DNA of 64,000 bases. Source: Eledone cirrhosa (taxonomy: Eukaryota). Shown in pieces: positions 1-13,840 of this stretch (position 1 is its first letter; every line of letters starts with the position of its first letter). The stretch spans positions 89,838,001-89,902,000 of the forward strand of contig OZ024743.1 of the NCBI GenBank assembly GCA_964016885.1. Reading direction: 5' to 3'. Under the pieces are notes generated by a model. The model searched no databases, was not told the origin of the DNA, and worked only from the letters and a program-made list of their open reading frames with translations. A program made the translations under genes and the position numbers.

Positions 1-171
1 CAAAACCTTATGCAGTTATAAGTATTTTACACACACCCTAAATAGTGGTAGGCAGTAATGTATTGCTACCTTATTACCAGTAAGTTAAGTAGCTCAATGT
101 AAAAACATCAGATGATTTACAGAGCAGTTATATGAAATATAAGAATCAAAGAACTGTTCAAAACATTATTG

Positions 172-218
172 TGCTTACAGCTGTTTCCTCCAAACCGAGG
201 TTTGGATTCTTCGGAGCA
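172..218 (-). ncRNA. Minimal type I hammerhead ribozyme, CCGAAGA core variant
   Basis: Minus strand reads UGCU-CCGAAGA-a-UCCAAAC(cucg)GUUUGGA-g-GAAA-CAGCUG-UA-AGCA: stem I UGCU/AGCA, palindromic stem III, GUA triplet. Confidence 0.75.
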
Positions 219-1641
219 ATTTATTAATGCATGGACAGTTATATGACCTCCTTTTCAGCCGAGAGACATACCGATACATATTCAAACATTGATACATATT
301 CAAACATTGTGGGTCAACATTCATTACAGAATTTAGAGTGGCAGTACACACTTCGAGATTACATTTATATTAAGAGGTACAATCCAAAATCAAAAATACA
401 GGTTAAAATACAACATGAAGATAAGCGGTTATATAGTGCAAATGTTATATGTGTGGCACGCATGTGCGTCTTGTTTATATAGTGTGGCAGAGAGATATGT
501 GTGGTAGAGGCACTTAGGTAGGTAAACAAGAGTGTTAGGTTGGTAGATCTGGTGGCATATTCTTTATATGATTGAAGTCTGTGTGTGGAGAAATATTATA
601 AGCATTAAAAATAGTGCAAGCATTAAAAGTGTTAAAAGTATTGGAGATGCACAGCGAAGGGATGTCAAGTATTTCATGTACTTCGGCAATTTCATGGTCA
701 GGGGAGTGTATTTACATAATCCACGACAATCCAGTTAGAGATCGTAGTCTGGTGTTCTTTAGTTCAATACAGGAGGCTGTTACGTTTCGAGAAACGCCAT
801 TGAATACCACCCGGAAGTGTGTGTGTGGCTAAGGGGAGTTAATGCATGCGGGGAGGTAACTCTGGGGTTTCTATACCTAGCTATTAAAATGTGTCCCAAT
901 ATAGACCCTAATTTCTATGGTGATGCGCATCCTCCAAGAGAAATTTTTAAAGCATAAAGTGTATTAACTATAGAGTAGTTTAATTAAGTTATGCTGAAGG
1001 TGATCATATTATTATGGTGGATTAACCCATCGTAAGGTGCCACAAATGGAAATTATAGAAGATGAGCGAGGATTCTAAATTAATGATCTCTGTGGTTGTA
1101 GTCTACTCATAGGACCAGGCGCGGTGATTGCAGGATTGCTTCAGGACCCAATGATCTCTGGTAAGATCTGGATCATCGCTTGCTACATTGGATGTCGAAA
1201 GATAATCATCCCCAGGCCGGCCAGAGGTCGATCCGCAGTCCTCGCGACCCCTCTCTGACCGTCAGATCATCCATATATGTACAACCCGCACGGCAGTTGC
1301 AATGCATTCACTCACTGCGCTCAGCAGCCCGGTCCTACTGCTCAACAGCGTTACTAGATTAAATCATTTTTCATCTGTCTATGGAAGGTGTTTCCTCTGC
1401 ACAACACTATCCAACCGATCAATTCATGCTCAAATTACCTTTAGAGCGGTGTAGTGCCGTTCAAGTGGGTGGATGTTGTCACACCTGATGTAGAGGTATA
1501 AATGGGTATTCTCCCTGCGAAGGGTTCCAGAGGGATGTCGTTGTTTGTGTTATAATAGATCAGTTAGTGTTGGGTATGTAGTATAAGGTGTGTCTCTGGT
1601 GTTTGATGCTAGATGTGGTGTTAGGTTCCAGTCCGACATTG

Positions 1642-2574
1642 CTATATATTGGGCTTAAAGTTTTGGAAGGAATGTCTGAAGCGGTGCTGGCAAGTTGCAA
1701 ACACCTCAGATTTTTTGTTAAGTAGGTTACGGTTGGAGAAGATAATATTGTGTGTCTCTAGTATACAGAGGTTACAAAATTTATTAGGTGGTTTGTACGA
1801 GGTCGCGCTGCCTATCACTTCCCATTTGAGTGTGTATGGTTTATTTTTAGATTTTAGATAGTGTATGTAGCTAGAAAGTGAGGTGGAGTTTGCTAGGCTG
1901 TGCTTTTTGAACGAGTGGATGTGCGAATTATATCTGATTTTGAAGCAGTTAGAAGTGGAGCCTACATAGGTTTCTGAAGAGTTGTTAGTCGTGACGGTGC
2001 ATGAGTATATGATATCCTTGGTTAGGCATTTTTTATCTAAAGGGCAGGTTCTATTAGCTCTACAGTTACAATTATCCTGTGCGTTAGTCCGCTGGTTATA
2101 ATGCAGTGCGGAAGTCTGTGTGGTAGCTATAGGATTTTGGGCGTTCGGGTTGACAACCCTGGTGTTATTACTTATACTAGTGTTATTTCTATTGTTACTG
2201 CCGTTGCTATGGTTGCTTGCTACAGTGGTATTTAGAGGGTTTGCATCCCGTTGTGATTTTGTTTGTTGGAAGTAAGAACTAATTTTACTATTATTGCTGC
2301 TAGCTATGTGGTATGCTAAGTTAGGCGTCGTAGAGTATGAGATTTTAATGGTGTTTTTGTTTAAGAGGTTGTGGTACTTGTGTCCTAGAGGGAAGTTTTT
2401 ATCTAGTAGTGAGAAGAAAGCCCTAGGTATGTTGGTGGAGACATTTAGGTTGACAGGAGGGTTGAAAAATGTATTATTTCTTCTTCTATTTTTGCTTTTA
2501 GTGTTTGGTGTGTTGCTTCCTCCTAAGGCCCCACAGTAGTTTCCATGGTAATGGTTACTTCCGGTGGCACCCAT
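1642..2574 (-). pseudogene. Penelope-like ORF C-terminus: RT thumb, linker and GIY-YIG endonuclease
   Basis: FFNPP, CNCR..CPL..CL, IIY..YVGSTSNCFKIRYNSH, CNLCILE, LNKKSE, CQHR motifs; N-terminus is an artefact of the inversion junction. Confidence 0.9.
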
Positions 2575-2765
2575 GGAAACTACTGTGGGGCCTTAGGAGG
2601 AAGCAACACACCAAACACTAAAAGCAAAAATAGAAGAAGAAATAATACATTTTTCAACCCTCCTTTCAACCTAAATGTCTCCACCAATAAACAAATGATG
2701 ATTCTTATATTTCATACATATATAAGCACAATAATGTTTTGAACAGTTCTTTGATTCTTATATTT

Positions 2766-2878
<113 letters not shown>

Positions 2879-3851
2879 TGCAGTACTGAGACTGAGGTGA
2901 CCACTAATCATGTGAGTACTCGATGTATCTATGTATATTTATGTATTTCTGCGTGTATGTATATGTATATATTCATACGTATATATGTACTTATGTATAT
3001 AATATTATACATTAACATATATATATTAATACGTATATTTATACACACATATTTAAAATACATATACAAGGTCATATATATATATATATGTGTGTATGTG
3101 TGTATGTAAATATGTGTGCGTGTCTGTGCGTTTGTGTGTATATGGGCATTGTATATGGGCATTGTTCCCACCCGGTGCTTTAAGATATGTCACTTGATAA
3201 CCTCAATGAAGTTTCTTGTAAACATTTATATTTAGTTCGTATTTGTTATCAGCAGTAATAGTTGTGTCTCTACCATTCTTACCATTCCATGTAAGTTGTC
3301 TATGAGACAATCTAACTAAACTATATACAGTTGCTCCACTCATATTTTACTATAGACATTAGAAAGAGCGGTTGAATAACAGAATCTTGTTTTGAAGAAC
3401 TGCAGATGAAAGCATGTAGATCTTTTGGCCAGAAAACCTTTTATGCTTCTTGTACTTTCTTTATCTGAGATTATCTCTCTCTCACCCTCTCACTCTCTCT
3501 CTCTTTCTTTTTTTCTCTCTTTCTTTCTTTCTTTCTTTCGCTCCTTCTCTTCTTCTCTCTCTTCCTCTCTCTCTCTCTCTCACACTCTCTCTTTCGCACA
3601 CACACACACGCACACACTCTCTCCCACATTTTCTCTCCCTCACACACACACACACTCACACACTCTCTCTTTCTCTCTCTATCTCTCTTTCTCATACACA
3701 CACAAACCAAGGCGGTGCCATTTATATGGAATGTGTTAACACATTCACAGCAGAGTCACATTGTTGTCTGCCATTCACAGGACTCTGTGACCTACCCGGA
3801 TGTTTTCTAAAATTACTGTGTGAAAACAATGAACAGAAACATCGAAATAAT

Positions 3852-4072
3852 AATTGTTTCTACTATAGGCACAAGGCCAGCAATTTGAAAGGGGAGGAGA
3901 AGGTCGATTATATCGACCCCAGTGCATTACTGGTGCTTTATTTTATCGACCCTGTAAGGATGACAGGCAAAGTTAACCTCTGCGGGATTTGAACTCAGAT
4001 CATAAAGGGCCGTAACTCTATGCTGCAAAGCATGGTGTCCGACTCTCTACCGATACTGCCAATCCACCGCCC
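3852..4072 (-). mobile_element. tRNA-derived SINE, family A
   Basis: Reverse complement has box A TGGCAGTATCGGTAG, box B GAGTTCAAATCCC and body CATCCTTAC.GGGTCGATAAAATAAAG.ACCAGT shared with >20 copies. Confidence 0.9.
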
Positions 4073-4469
4073 TTGTCCGACGCTAATAATAAAAGTGATA
4101 TTGTCAGATTTCAAGACATTTTCAAGGAAACTGGCTTCCAGTTGCAAAGTAAGGCTAAAATGCAGGTGGCAGGGAGAAGATGTATATGTACGTTCGGCTA
4201 TATTTGTACAACACTCACGTGCTATTGTATGGATGTGTATATTTCACAAGATCTTTTATTGGAGGAAATAACAAATTCTTAGTATATTCTGTATTCCGTA
4301 TTTTTACTTTACAATTTACGGTCAATAGCATACACAAAAATAGTGAGGATTTAAAAAAAATCCATTTACTTGATATAAAAATTAAATGATAGTATTGTAG
4401 TTGTGTGTGGGCCCTTTTGTCTTTATAATATAATAAAGAGAGAAAAACACACGCATATATATATATATA

Positions 4470-5025
4470 AGGTTACCAGACTTGTCGTTTGATTCTTAGG
4501 ATGACCTGGAAGTACTGTTAATTTGTTTATTTTATATTTCCGGATTAGATTTTTCTTTGATGGCGATGTACAATATATCCATATATTTATGAATGGTTTA
4601 TTAATTAGTTGATGGACTATTTTATATTACTTACGGAAGTTTTAACTATATATTCTGCGGAATGTCTTTGCTGAATATTTTATGTAAACAAGTATTAAAT
4701 GTCAAAGCGTTTATTGATAATTTTGTGCCTACTAATTATGATGTGCAAAATCTCTGTAGTACAGAGGTTACACCCAGAAGATATAGATCTATTTATATAA
4801 GGAAAAGCATATGAAGTTTTGACCCAGAAAGGAGGTATTGTACTTGGTTTTTTTTTCAGGTCCAAATCAGATCAGATCCGACAGGGCTGTGTTAGACCTT
4901 TTATCAGTTCTTTTAAAGGAGTGGTGATGGTTGTGTCATCTTTCCTTAAATCTTGTAGAGTTTGCGCCAATATATCTCTAGAACACCTGTTATGGTCTCT
5001 ACAATTGTAATTATTCTCGTTTCTA
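4470..5025 (-). mobile_element. Decayed Penelope-like GIY-YIG fragment (not in ORF track)
   Basis: Manual minus-strand translation gives RYIGANSTRFKER*HNHHHSFK..ALSDLI, then GCNLCTTEILHII..INKR and FNTCLHK across frameshifts; 3' end abuts (TA)n. Confidence 0.75.
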
Positions 5026-5919
5026 CCAAATTTCACTCAGAAGGCATTGGTCAACATGAAGCTATTATAGATCTTTGTTAACGATGCCATGCAGTGGAAC
5101 CCAAACCTCCATGATTCCACACATCAAAATAATCTAACTATATTGTACTTTCATTATATAAATTATTTCACATATTCTTTTTAATTACTATCTAAAGTCT
5201 AAAGTCTGAAGCGACTGAGAGTAGAAGATACCCCCCCTCCTTGACACGGCGCCAGTCCATCGCATTTATTCCACGTTGCTCTAGTAGTATGAGAACTTAT
5301 TATCCCTTTCTACTGCATTAACGATATCGAAAGCTCTAGTAACAGAACAAAATGATCTGTTACTGAGGTCTCCTCTTGTGTCTTCACACCGGGATGGGAC
5401 GGGGCCATCGATTTTATTAAGAGCTACGAGAGTCTATTAAACCTCTACTTCAATTTAAAAGTAAATTAACACGTCATATGAGTATTATGTATTCATTAGG
5501 AACTATAAAATATGTCACCTACTCCATTACAGCAACGCCATCGTTTATTTTTCTGCATGTTACACACATCAACACAATCTCTTATTGACTTTCAAATTCC
5601 AAGTGGTTTGCAACATTTGTAATATTTCGTGTCTACTCGGAAATACAATTTGAAATTTCATCTTGTGACTGTAATATATATTTGTTTCACTCTTGGGTTT
5701 AGCTCCGTTTCAAATTTTTTCCAAAGGTTTTACTAAATAAAAAAATAAAGTCCTTTGTGAACAAACTGAAATAACATGAACATGAGGTGCAGGGTTTGTG
5801 AGGTGGGGGCTGGTATAGACAGAGTTATCAATAATGAGTTATGCAGTGGGCAACTTGTTGACTTAAGTGGAGGATCGCATAGGGGAGAAAACAAAGATTT
5901 AACACGAAAGTCCCCAAAG

Positions 5920-6308
5920 CGACCACAACCACCAACATTTCAGCAACAAAAACAACAGCAATAACATCAACAAAAATACCAACAACAACAACATCAACAT
6001 CAACAAAAGCACCACCACCACCACTAACAACAGCGACAAAAACGCCACCAACAACAATCAACAACATCATCAGCAACAAAAACACCAACAACAGTAGCAG
6101 CAGTAACAACAACGACAAAAACAACAACAACAGCAGTAGCAGCATCAACAAAAGCTCCAACGCCACCGACAACGTCAACAAAAACACCAACAACAACATC
6201 AACAAAAATACCACCAATAACAACAACGCCGACATCAACAAAAACACCACCACCAACATCAGCAACAAAAACACCACCACCACAACAACAACAACAACAA
6301 CAACAACG
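5920..6308. repeat. Degenerate (CAA/CAC/CAG)n trinucleotide array
   Basis: Direct reading; the hydrophobic ORFs 5828-6283 and 6024-6320 are its translations. Confidence 0.9.
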
Positions 6309-6599
6309 AGCTATATGCATTAATAAGGTTATTTAAATGTATTTATAAGCCTCCGTAAACAGATACCTATAGAATTTATTATAACCGTCTGCTTGTAGAA
6401 AATTGGGTCAGTGGTTATATATTCATAAAACAAAAAAAACGAGACATAATGAAAGTCAGTATTTCTAAAGACATATAATAGTTGGATAAAATATCTTAAT
6501 ATTTAATAACAATTTAATGATATTGAAATAACAAGAATGAAACGTGAAATAAAGCTAATAAATGTTTTGTTATAATTCTTCCTTTCTTTCTTTTTAACA

Positions 6600-6810
6600 C
6601 TGGCACAAGCCCTGTAAGTGTAAGAGAGGTGAGGGGGGGGGGGGTGATTTAATGCACCCCAGTACTTGACTGCTACTTTATTTTATTGATCCAGAAATTT
6701 GAAATGTAAAGTTGACCTCTGCGTAATTTGAACTCAGAACGTAAAGAGCCGTTACTAAATGCGACAAAGAATTTAGTCCAATGATCCACCGATTTTGCCA
6801 ATACACCACC
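6600..6810 (-). mobile_element. Diverged SINE family A copy
   Basis: GGCACAAG...TACTTTATTTTATTGA...TTTGAACTCAGAACGTAAAG. Confidence 0.75.
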
Positions 6811-6980
6811 TTTGTCTATTGTTATAATAAAATCTATCTTAACTTGTATTCAGCATTACCGTGAATCTATAAAGTTCACGCAGCATGACCGAATGATTAA
6901 GACGTCCGCTACGCAATCATAAGCTCCACCGAGTGGCAACATGGGCCAGTCTCATTTACTATAGTCTCGTGTCGACTCAG

Positions 6981-7328
6981 TATATCAACTGTTGACACCA
7001 ATGTCGGTATATCAACTGTTGACACCAATGTCAATATATTGACTGTTGACACCAATGTCAACATATCGACTGTTGACATCAATGTCGATATATCAACTGT
7101 TGACACCAATGTCGATATCTTAACTGTTGACACCAATGTCAATATATCAACTGTTGACACCAATATCAATATATTGACTGTTGACACCAATGTTGATATA
7201 TTGACTGTTTTCACCAATGTTGATATATCAACTGTTGACACCAATGTCAATATCTCGACTGTTGACACCAATGTCGATATGTCAACTGTTATGACACCAA
7301 TGCCAATATGTCAGTTGTTATGACACCA
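6981..7328. repeat. 27-bp minisatellite, about 12-13 copies
   Basis: Unit ATATCAACTGTTGACACCAATGTCRAT; 9-aa periodicity in ORFs 6909-7271 and 7039-7323. Confidence 0.95.
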
Positions 7329-8273
7329 TAAGGAAACTGTCAATGCCATTACGATGTTATTTAGAAATACTCAATCTATAGTTCGTTCTCCAGATGGCGA
7401 CACCTTGACATAGTGGCTGGTGTCTTCCAGGGAGACACCCGGGCACCTAACCTGTTCCTTATGTGTCTAGATTTTACGCACCTCTGTAGATGAGATGAAG
7501 GCCAAAGGATTCACTCTTCAACTAGCCAGAAGCAAACGTTTTCCAACTGAGAACCATCACAGATGTTGACTAGCAGATGAAGTTTGTGGTGTAGAGTCTC
7601 TCTTACACAGCCATGGACAGCAACACAGAATATACGATGTTCAACCGGAGCTGCAACATTAAATTCACATCTAGAAAATCCTTGGAAAATGTTGATGTAT
7701 TCACATACCTTGGAGAGTAAAATCGCAAAGGAAGATTTGTCCGCAAGTGATGTTCATGCCCAAATTGGCAAAGCCTGGGTTGCTTTAAGTAAATTATCAA
7801 CGTTCTGGAAATCTAAGCTTCCATTAAATTTGAAACAAGATTTTTTCCAAGCGGTTGTGCAGTCAATTCTGTTATATAGATATACATAGACTTTAACAAA
7901 GTGTCTTTAAAAGAAAATTGACGGAACTTATAAAAGAATGCATCGAGGTGCTTTGGACATCTCCTGGAGACAACAGCCTATGAAAGAGATTTTCCATTGT
8001 AATGTATCACCAATATCAAATGTTATCAAATAAAGAACAAGATTCGCTGGACATTGCTGGAGAGCAAAAGATGAGACCATCAGCGACGTTCTTCGTTGGG
8101 AACCGAATCATGGGTACACAAATGTTGGCAGATCACATCGAACCTACAGAAAGCAACTGTGCGAGCCCTCTGAGTGAACCCGAGGAGACCTACCACGAGC
8201 AATGGCAGACCGAACAGACTGGAGAGAACAAGTCATAGCAATCCACGTAATAAGCACGCCCGAATGATGATGA
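7329..8273 (+). mobile_element. RTE-clade LINE, 5'-truncated and decayed RT/C-terminus
   Basis: KETVNAI..VRSPDGDT, GVFQGDT, AQIGKAWVALSKLSTFWKS, FFQAVVQSILLY, RFAGHCWR; short (TGA)n tail. Confidence 0.85.
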
Positions 8274-8659
8274 ATGTCAAAGTTTGTGTGTGTCTGTGTC
8301 TTTGAGTGGAGGTGTATCAATACATAAGTATGTTCAAATAAATCTTTATAAGATATTTTCTGGTAAAAGGGAAGTTATTTATATTCCATTATGGAGTTCT
8401 CGGTTGAACAATATAAGCCGAATAGAAGGAAAATATCATTTTGCACCCGATAGCATATAGCTTAATAAAGAATAAAAAGATTTAAAGATCTAAACATTAG
8501 CTTAGAAATTACTTTTGTATCCAAAAGATTGTAAAATATTCCCAACAGTAAATATGTCGTATGAAGGGATGCGGCAGAATAGTAATTGTGTGTCGGCTCA
8601 TTAAATTCATGATATGGATATTAGAGAAAAGAAATATTATATGCATGTCAAACATTGAA

Positions 8660-9060
8660 TGTTCAGTAATAATCTGTGACGCCACATGTTGTGATAGGTT
8701 CTCTGCCTCCAGTCTTGTCACCTCAACCACAAACCCGGACACTGCCGCTTCTAACGATGATAAGAGGAAGATTTCCAAATATCAGAATTTATCTGACTGC
8801 TTCGTTTTCGTGCTGGTCGCTATCGGGGCTTCTAATGTCCTCGGTCCTCGAACAGCCGTTTTCCTCCGCAAAATTGAGCGGAGTTCATCCCGTCTGAGAA
8901 AGGAGCCTCATATGGTGGAGTGGCTAATGTAGCGTGTGTCACTGGCTCTTCTCTGTGGCAATGCCTTCGCAATTTTATCCGGAGGTGCAACTGAGATATT
9001 CACCTGGACTGGGGTGTACTCTCAGCCCTTGCCTCCTCCTTACCCTTACTTTCATTATTT
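8660..9060 (+). mobile_element. CRE-like non-LTR element, restriction-like endonuclease C-terminus
   Basis: CDATCCDRF..AA..K..KY..L..FV.VAI.ASNVLGP..FL..EWLM*RVSLALLCGNAFAIL. Confidence 0.75.
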
Positions 9061-9223
9061 AATTTTTTTTTTTTTTTTTTTTATTATAAACATTATAGAG
9101 TTTAATTGAAATTTGTTAAATAAATTTGGCTTTATACCTAAATGGAAGGGTTTCACTTGAGCCAATTTGTTTGGGTTTTGTTACCGACTTATTTTGTTAA
9201 GAAGAACCACCAAGACATAATAA

Positions 9224-9920
9224 CGGTTTCTTATATAAGCACAAGGCCAGCAGTTTTTTTTTTGGGGGGGGGGGCGTCGATTAAATCAACCCCAGTGGGT
9301 GACTGGTACTTTATTTTATCGACCCCGTAAAGATGAAAGGCAAAGTTAACCTCAGCGGGATTTGAACACAGAACGTAAAGGCCCGTAACTCTAGGCCGCA
9401 AAGCATGGAGTCCGACGCTCCACCGATATTACCAATCCGTACAATCCAAGACGTTCAAATATTTCAGTACATACTACTATCTACCAATAAACTGTTGTAG
9501 GTTAATGTTAGCCGATAAGAGCCTGTGTCTCACATCTGCGCGTTTGAATTATAAAAAGTTCGATCTGACATTTTAATGTTATCAAATCAATTATAAACAA
9601 CCAGTAAACTACATAACAAACAGTAGTATATTCTTTTTAGAGGCCAAAATAATAAATAAAATTATCCAACAGTACAAAATATAACCCCCAGTATTATATC
9701 AATAATGGTTCCTAACATCGGCACAAAGCCAGCAATTTGGAGTGAAAAGGAAGTCGACTATATCGACCCCACTATTTTGCTGGTACTTTATTTTAGCGAC
9801 CGCGGAAGGATGAAAAACAAAGTTTATCTCAGTGGAATTTGAACTCAGAACGTTAAAAGAGGTAACTAAATGTCACAAAATATTTTGTCAGGCATCCATA
9901 GAAAACCTACCAATCCGCCC
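9224..9920 (-). mobile_element. Two SINE family A copies (9224-9439, 9711-9920)
   Basis: Same box A/B and central body as 3852-4072. Confidence 0.85.
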
Positions 9921-9924
9921 CACC

Positions 9925-10152
9925 ACCTCAGAAGTCAGCAGTCAGCTAGTCAGAGTCACATTAGCTAAAACACACTTCTGGCTCTCATCCGAGCACAGTC
10001 TATTACACAGTCTATTAGTCAATGTCACCTTAGCTGAAGAGTGAGAACACACCTCTGGCCCTCAGCAGTCCACAGTATGTTAGCCAGTGTCACTTTAACT
10101 GAGCAGTGGAAACACACCTCTGGCCTTCAGAAGTTAGCAGTCTGTTAGTCAG
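9925..10152. repeat. Short degenerate tandem repeat, about 60 bp x 3-4
   Basis: Recurrent CAGTCT.TTAGTCA.TGTCAC and AACACACCTCTGGCC motifs. Confidence 0.6.
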
Positions 10153-11578
10153 TTTAACAAGAGATAAATATACTACTATATGTTCAACTATATTATATAT
10201 TGACGAGGTTATAGGAAATATATTCGCTATAATCCTGATTGCTCACAATTACTCACTCAATGAGATATAGTTTCAACTTATAATAGAGTAAACGTGTCTC
10301 AGAGTACTAATAAAATGTATATTCGTAATGTGGCAGATACAAATTTGTATAAAATTGAGATTCTTTGAGATTCAGTAATACACCTAGAAGACTGCCTAGT
10401 TGATATTAATGGTAGCGCCGGCCATGTCTATGTGGGTTGTTATGTCGTGTATATTCTTAACTCAACTGATTATATAAACACTGTTTCATATGTCAAGTGA
10501 GTTTTTTTCTTTTTCTTTCAAGATTAAATAGTCTTCGACTTTCAAAGACTTGAATTTAATCTCAGCATAAAAGAGCAACAAGATCGGTGAGTTTTGTATC
10601 ATTTTCCATCACAAGATGATGTCCTCTACTGCTTCTCTTGGAGACTTGCAACTCAATGTCGAAATATACTAAACACTGTAAACATTATGCTTCTCAACTT
10701 CAAGTCTCTCCGATAAATTGGTTGGTTGGATTAAGTTGTTATTGCAAGACAACTTCAAACGTTGTTTATTCTAACTTTCTTATGCTTCATTTCATTTGAA
10801 AAACTTTATATTTTTAGAGAAATTTAGTTGCAGATTACTTGAGATGGTACATACATTAAAAAAATATGCTTAACAATGCAGACTATGTAGTTGTTAGTAG
10901 ACACACAGTTCTCGCATTTTCTCTCACCATACATACTCACATATAAACATACTTCAAGTAGGGGCGGCTCTAACATTCAAGTCATCTAGGACACAACCTA
11001 GGACGCAAACCTGAGAGAGACGCATTACTGATCGTTAAAGGAACGCAGCTTTATATGAATTTATGTAACTAAATTCACAACTCCGCTTCGGTTGGTCTCG
11101 CGTGGTGATCTGGTCGGATCATTTGGAGACGGTTGATTCCAATAGAAGAAGAAGAAGAAGAAGAAGAAGAAGAAGAAGAAGAAGAGGGGGAGGGGGAGGA
11201 AGAAGAGGAAGAAGAAGATATTTGAATCATTGAAGTTCATTTGCTGCCATTTCGTGTAGAAGGAAAAGTATAGCAGACATTATTCCCCAGTTTTCAGTCA
11301 CGTAACGTCTATAATATATTTATAGTGACTAAATGTTAGATTTAATATCTTAATGTTATTTCCTCCATCACTATACTTATATATTGATTTCTTGTTTCTA
11401 TCTGTGAACAATATTTATATGATTGAAAAGAAATTTTATATTTATTTATTTAATTACTATTTATTTATATAGTATTTAATATTTATCGTTTATGGATTTT
11501 TATTATTTTTTTTATTTTTATTATTTAGTATTTATTTTTGATTTATTATTTATTTGTTCATTATTTATATATATATAA

Positions 11579-12932
11579 GGCGGTGAATTGGCAGTATCGG
11601 TAGAGGGTTGGACGCCATGTTTTCTAGCATAGTCACGTCCCTTTATGATCTGAGTTCAAATCCCGCCGAGGTTAACTTTGCCTTTCATCCTTACGGGGTC
11701 GATAAAATAAAGTACCAGTAATGTACTGGTTAATTGCTGGCCTTGTGCCAAAAGTAGAAACAATTATTTATGTATGTATTATTTCCTATTATTTCTAAAG
11801 GTTAAAAGAATGCCCGTCAAGCCATTGGAAATCCCCGACAGCAAAATTCTGTGAAGCAAACTAACATCAGTAAAAATGAATGAATAGAAAGGAAAGCTGT
11901 ACATTCTTTGGTGTGGAGCTGCAGAAATGACGACATTGAAAGCAGGAAGACCTACAAATGATTTTAACAATCGCCATTACAGAAGCTGTCACCCCTAAAA
12001 ATACTTTATGTCAACAAACTACAGAAGCTATTCTCACGCTAACTTTGCCGCTATTCAACCTGAACTATCGGACATGTGTTTATTATGAAAGGTTCTCATC
12101 AATGAACTGGGGTCATATAAGTGTATTTAATTGACGACCTGAAATCAAATCAGATTCCTTAAAAGCTGTCTAGCTTAACAATAAATCTTTCTTTCGTGGC
12201 TCCTTATTGTATAACACGTCCAACCGAATAATCGATTTGATTTCTTTCATTATATTTCTCAATGCAAGTGGTGGATTGGCAGTATCGGTAGAGAGTCGGA
12301 CGCCATGCTTTGAAGCATTGAGTTACCTCCCTTTATGATCTGAGTTCAAATTCCGCCGAGGTTAACTTTGTCTTTCATCCTTTCAAGTGTCGATAAAATA
12401 AAGAACCAGTGAAGTACTGGGGCTATTGTAATCGACATTCTCCTCCCACCAAAAAGAATTATCTTTGTATCTTAATTAAAAATAAATCGACTCAGTACTT
12501 GACTGGTACTTTATTCTATAACATTTTTTTTTAATTTAGGCACAAGGCCAGCAATTTGTGTGGAAGGGAAAGTCGATCTAATCGGCCCTAGTAGGTGACT
12601 GGTACTTTATTTTATCGACTTCAGGAGGCTGAAAGGTAACAAATACGGCAGAGCCACTCGTCTGACACTCTAAGGATTCTCCCAATCCATCGCCCTCACT
12701 GTTCTATACTATAATGGTTTCTGATTTAGGCACAAGGCCAACAATTTTGGGGGAGGGGAAAGTCGAAGAAATCGACCCCAGTAGGTTACAGGTACTTTAT
12801 TTTATCGACTCCGTAAGGATTAAAAGCAAAGCTAAACTCGGCGGGATTTGAACTGAGAACGTAAAGGGCCGCAACTCTATTCTGAAAAGAATTTTGCCCG
12901 ACGCTCTAGTAATACTGCCAGTCCACAACCCT
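11579..12932. mobile_element. SINE family A cluster: 11579-11768 (+), 12268-12450 (+), 12536-12695 (-), 12713-12932 (-)
   Basis: Box A/B and conserved body. Confidence 0.85.
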
Positions 12933-13015
12933 CACTGCTTTATACTATAATAACAACTGGATAGCCTCTTTAAAAGTTTAACAGCAGTGAGAAAGGAATA
13001 AACATCTTCACCTAC

Positions 13016-13235
13016 TTATTCCTGAGAGGGTCGTGGGGGCAGAGTCCTCAAACATTCCTTCCAGTGGGTCCTGTCAGAAGCAACCGTCTCCAAATGATAC
13101 GGCTGGATCCCCAAGCGAAACCAGCCAAGCTCATGGATGTTATTCAACCATCTCGGTCGGGGTGGGTCTTCCCCTGGGTCTCCTGCTGGTTGGTTTTGCC
13201 CGTAAAATCTGTCCAGTGATTCTTTCCTGAGACAT
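13016..13235 (-). mobile_element. RTE-like LINE 3' end fragment
   Basis: PPRPRWLNNIHELGW..LETVASDRTHWKECL; homologous copies at 20620-20725 (-) and 53368-53606 (+) carry (GAA)n tails. Confidence 0.75.
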
Positions 13236-13639
13236 TCTAACCACATTCCCATAGTATTGGAGCTGTGATCGCTCAATTCGGAAGAGTGCGTAGCTCGGAG
13301 ATCAGGAATAAACATAAATGGTATATTCCCAAGTCATTTACACTCTGCTGACGACATAGTCTTCTTTACAAATGATGCTCAGCAACCGGAACAAGTGTTA
13401 AATGAACTGAACAATCAAAACAATAAACTAAGACTAAAAATAAATATAAAGAAAATAGAAGTCATAATAACAACTTTATCAATTCAAATCTGCATACAAG
13501 CTTTCTTCAAAATGCGTACCATTATCTAGAAACTATTGTCATAGCCATTTGTCCCCAGACCTGCCAGTAGAATCTGTAATGCATGTATGAGTATATAAAA
13601 GCAATGGAAACATTTATATTTATGTATGTATATATGTAA

Positions 13640-13840
13640 GTGTGTGTATGTCAGGTCGCTCTTTAGCGCTACTGGTAACATGTAAGCCAGTACAACCTGT
13701 GCATGGTCTCGGATCGTCGGCAAAAAACCGGCAACAACATCAAGCTTGCTTGGTGAGGAGGGTGGGTTTGGACACCCAGCAGGATGAAAAACAAAAACCG
13801 TCAAAGGGCGGAGGAACTCAGGAGAGTCAATGGCCATCAT
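13640..13840 (+). repeat. Dispersed ~200-bp repeat; inverted homologues at 30849-31040 and 31922-32110
   Basis: Shared GATGGCCA.TGACTCT...CCTGC..G.TGTCCAAA...TACATGTTACCAGTAGC...GACC.GACATA core, each abutting (CATA)n-like sequence. Confidence 0.8.

Noticed and set aside
3852-4072. SINE heads as functional tRNA genes
   Set aside because: Box A/B are present but there is no cloverleaf; heads continue into a shared SINE body in >20 copies
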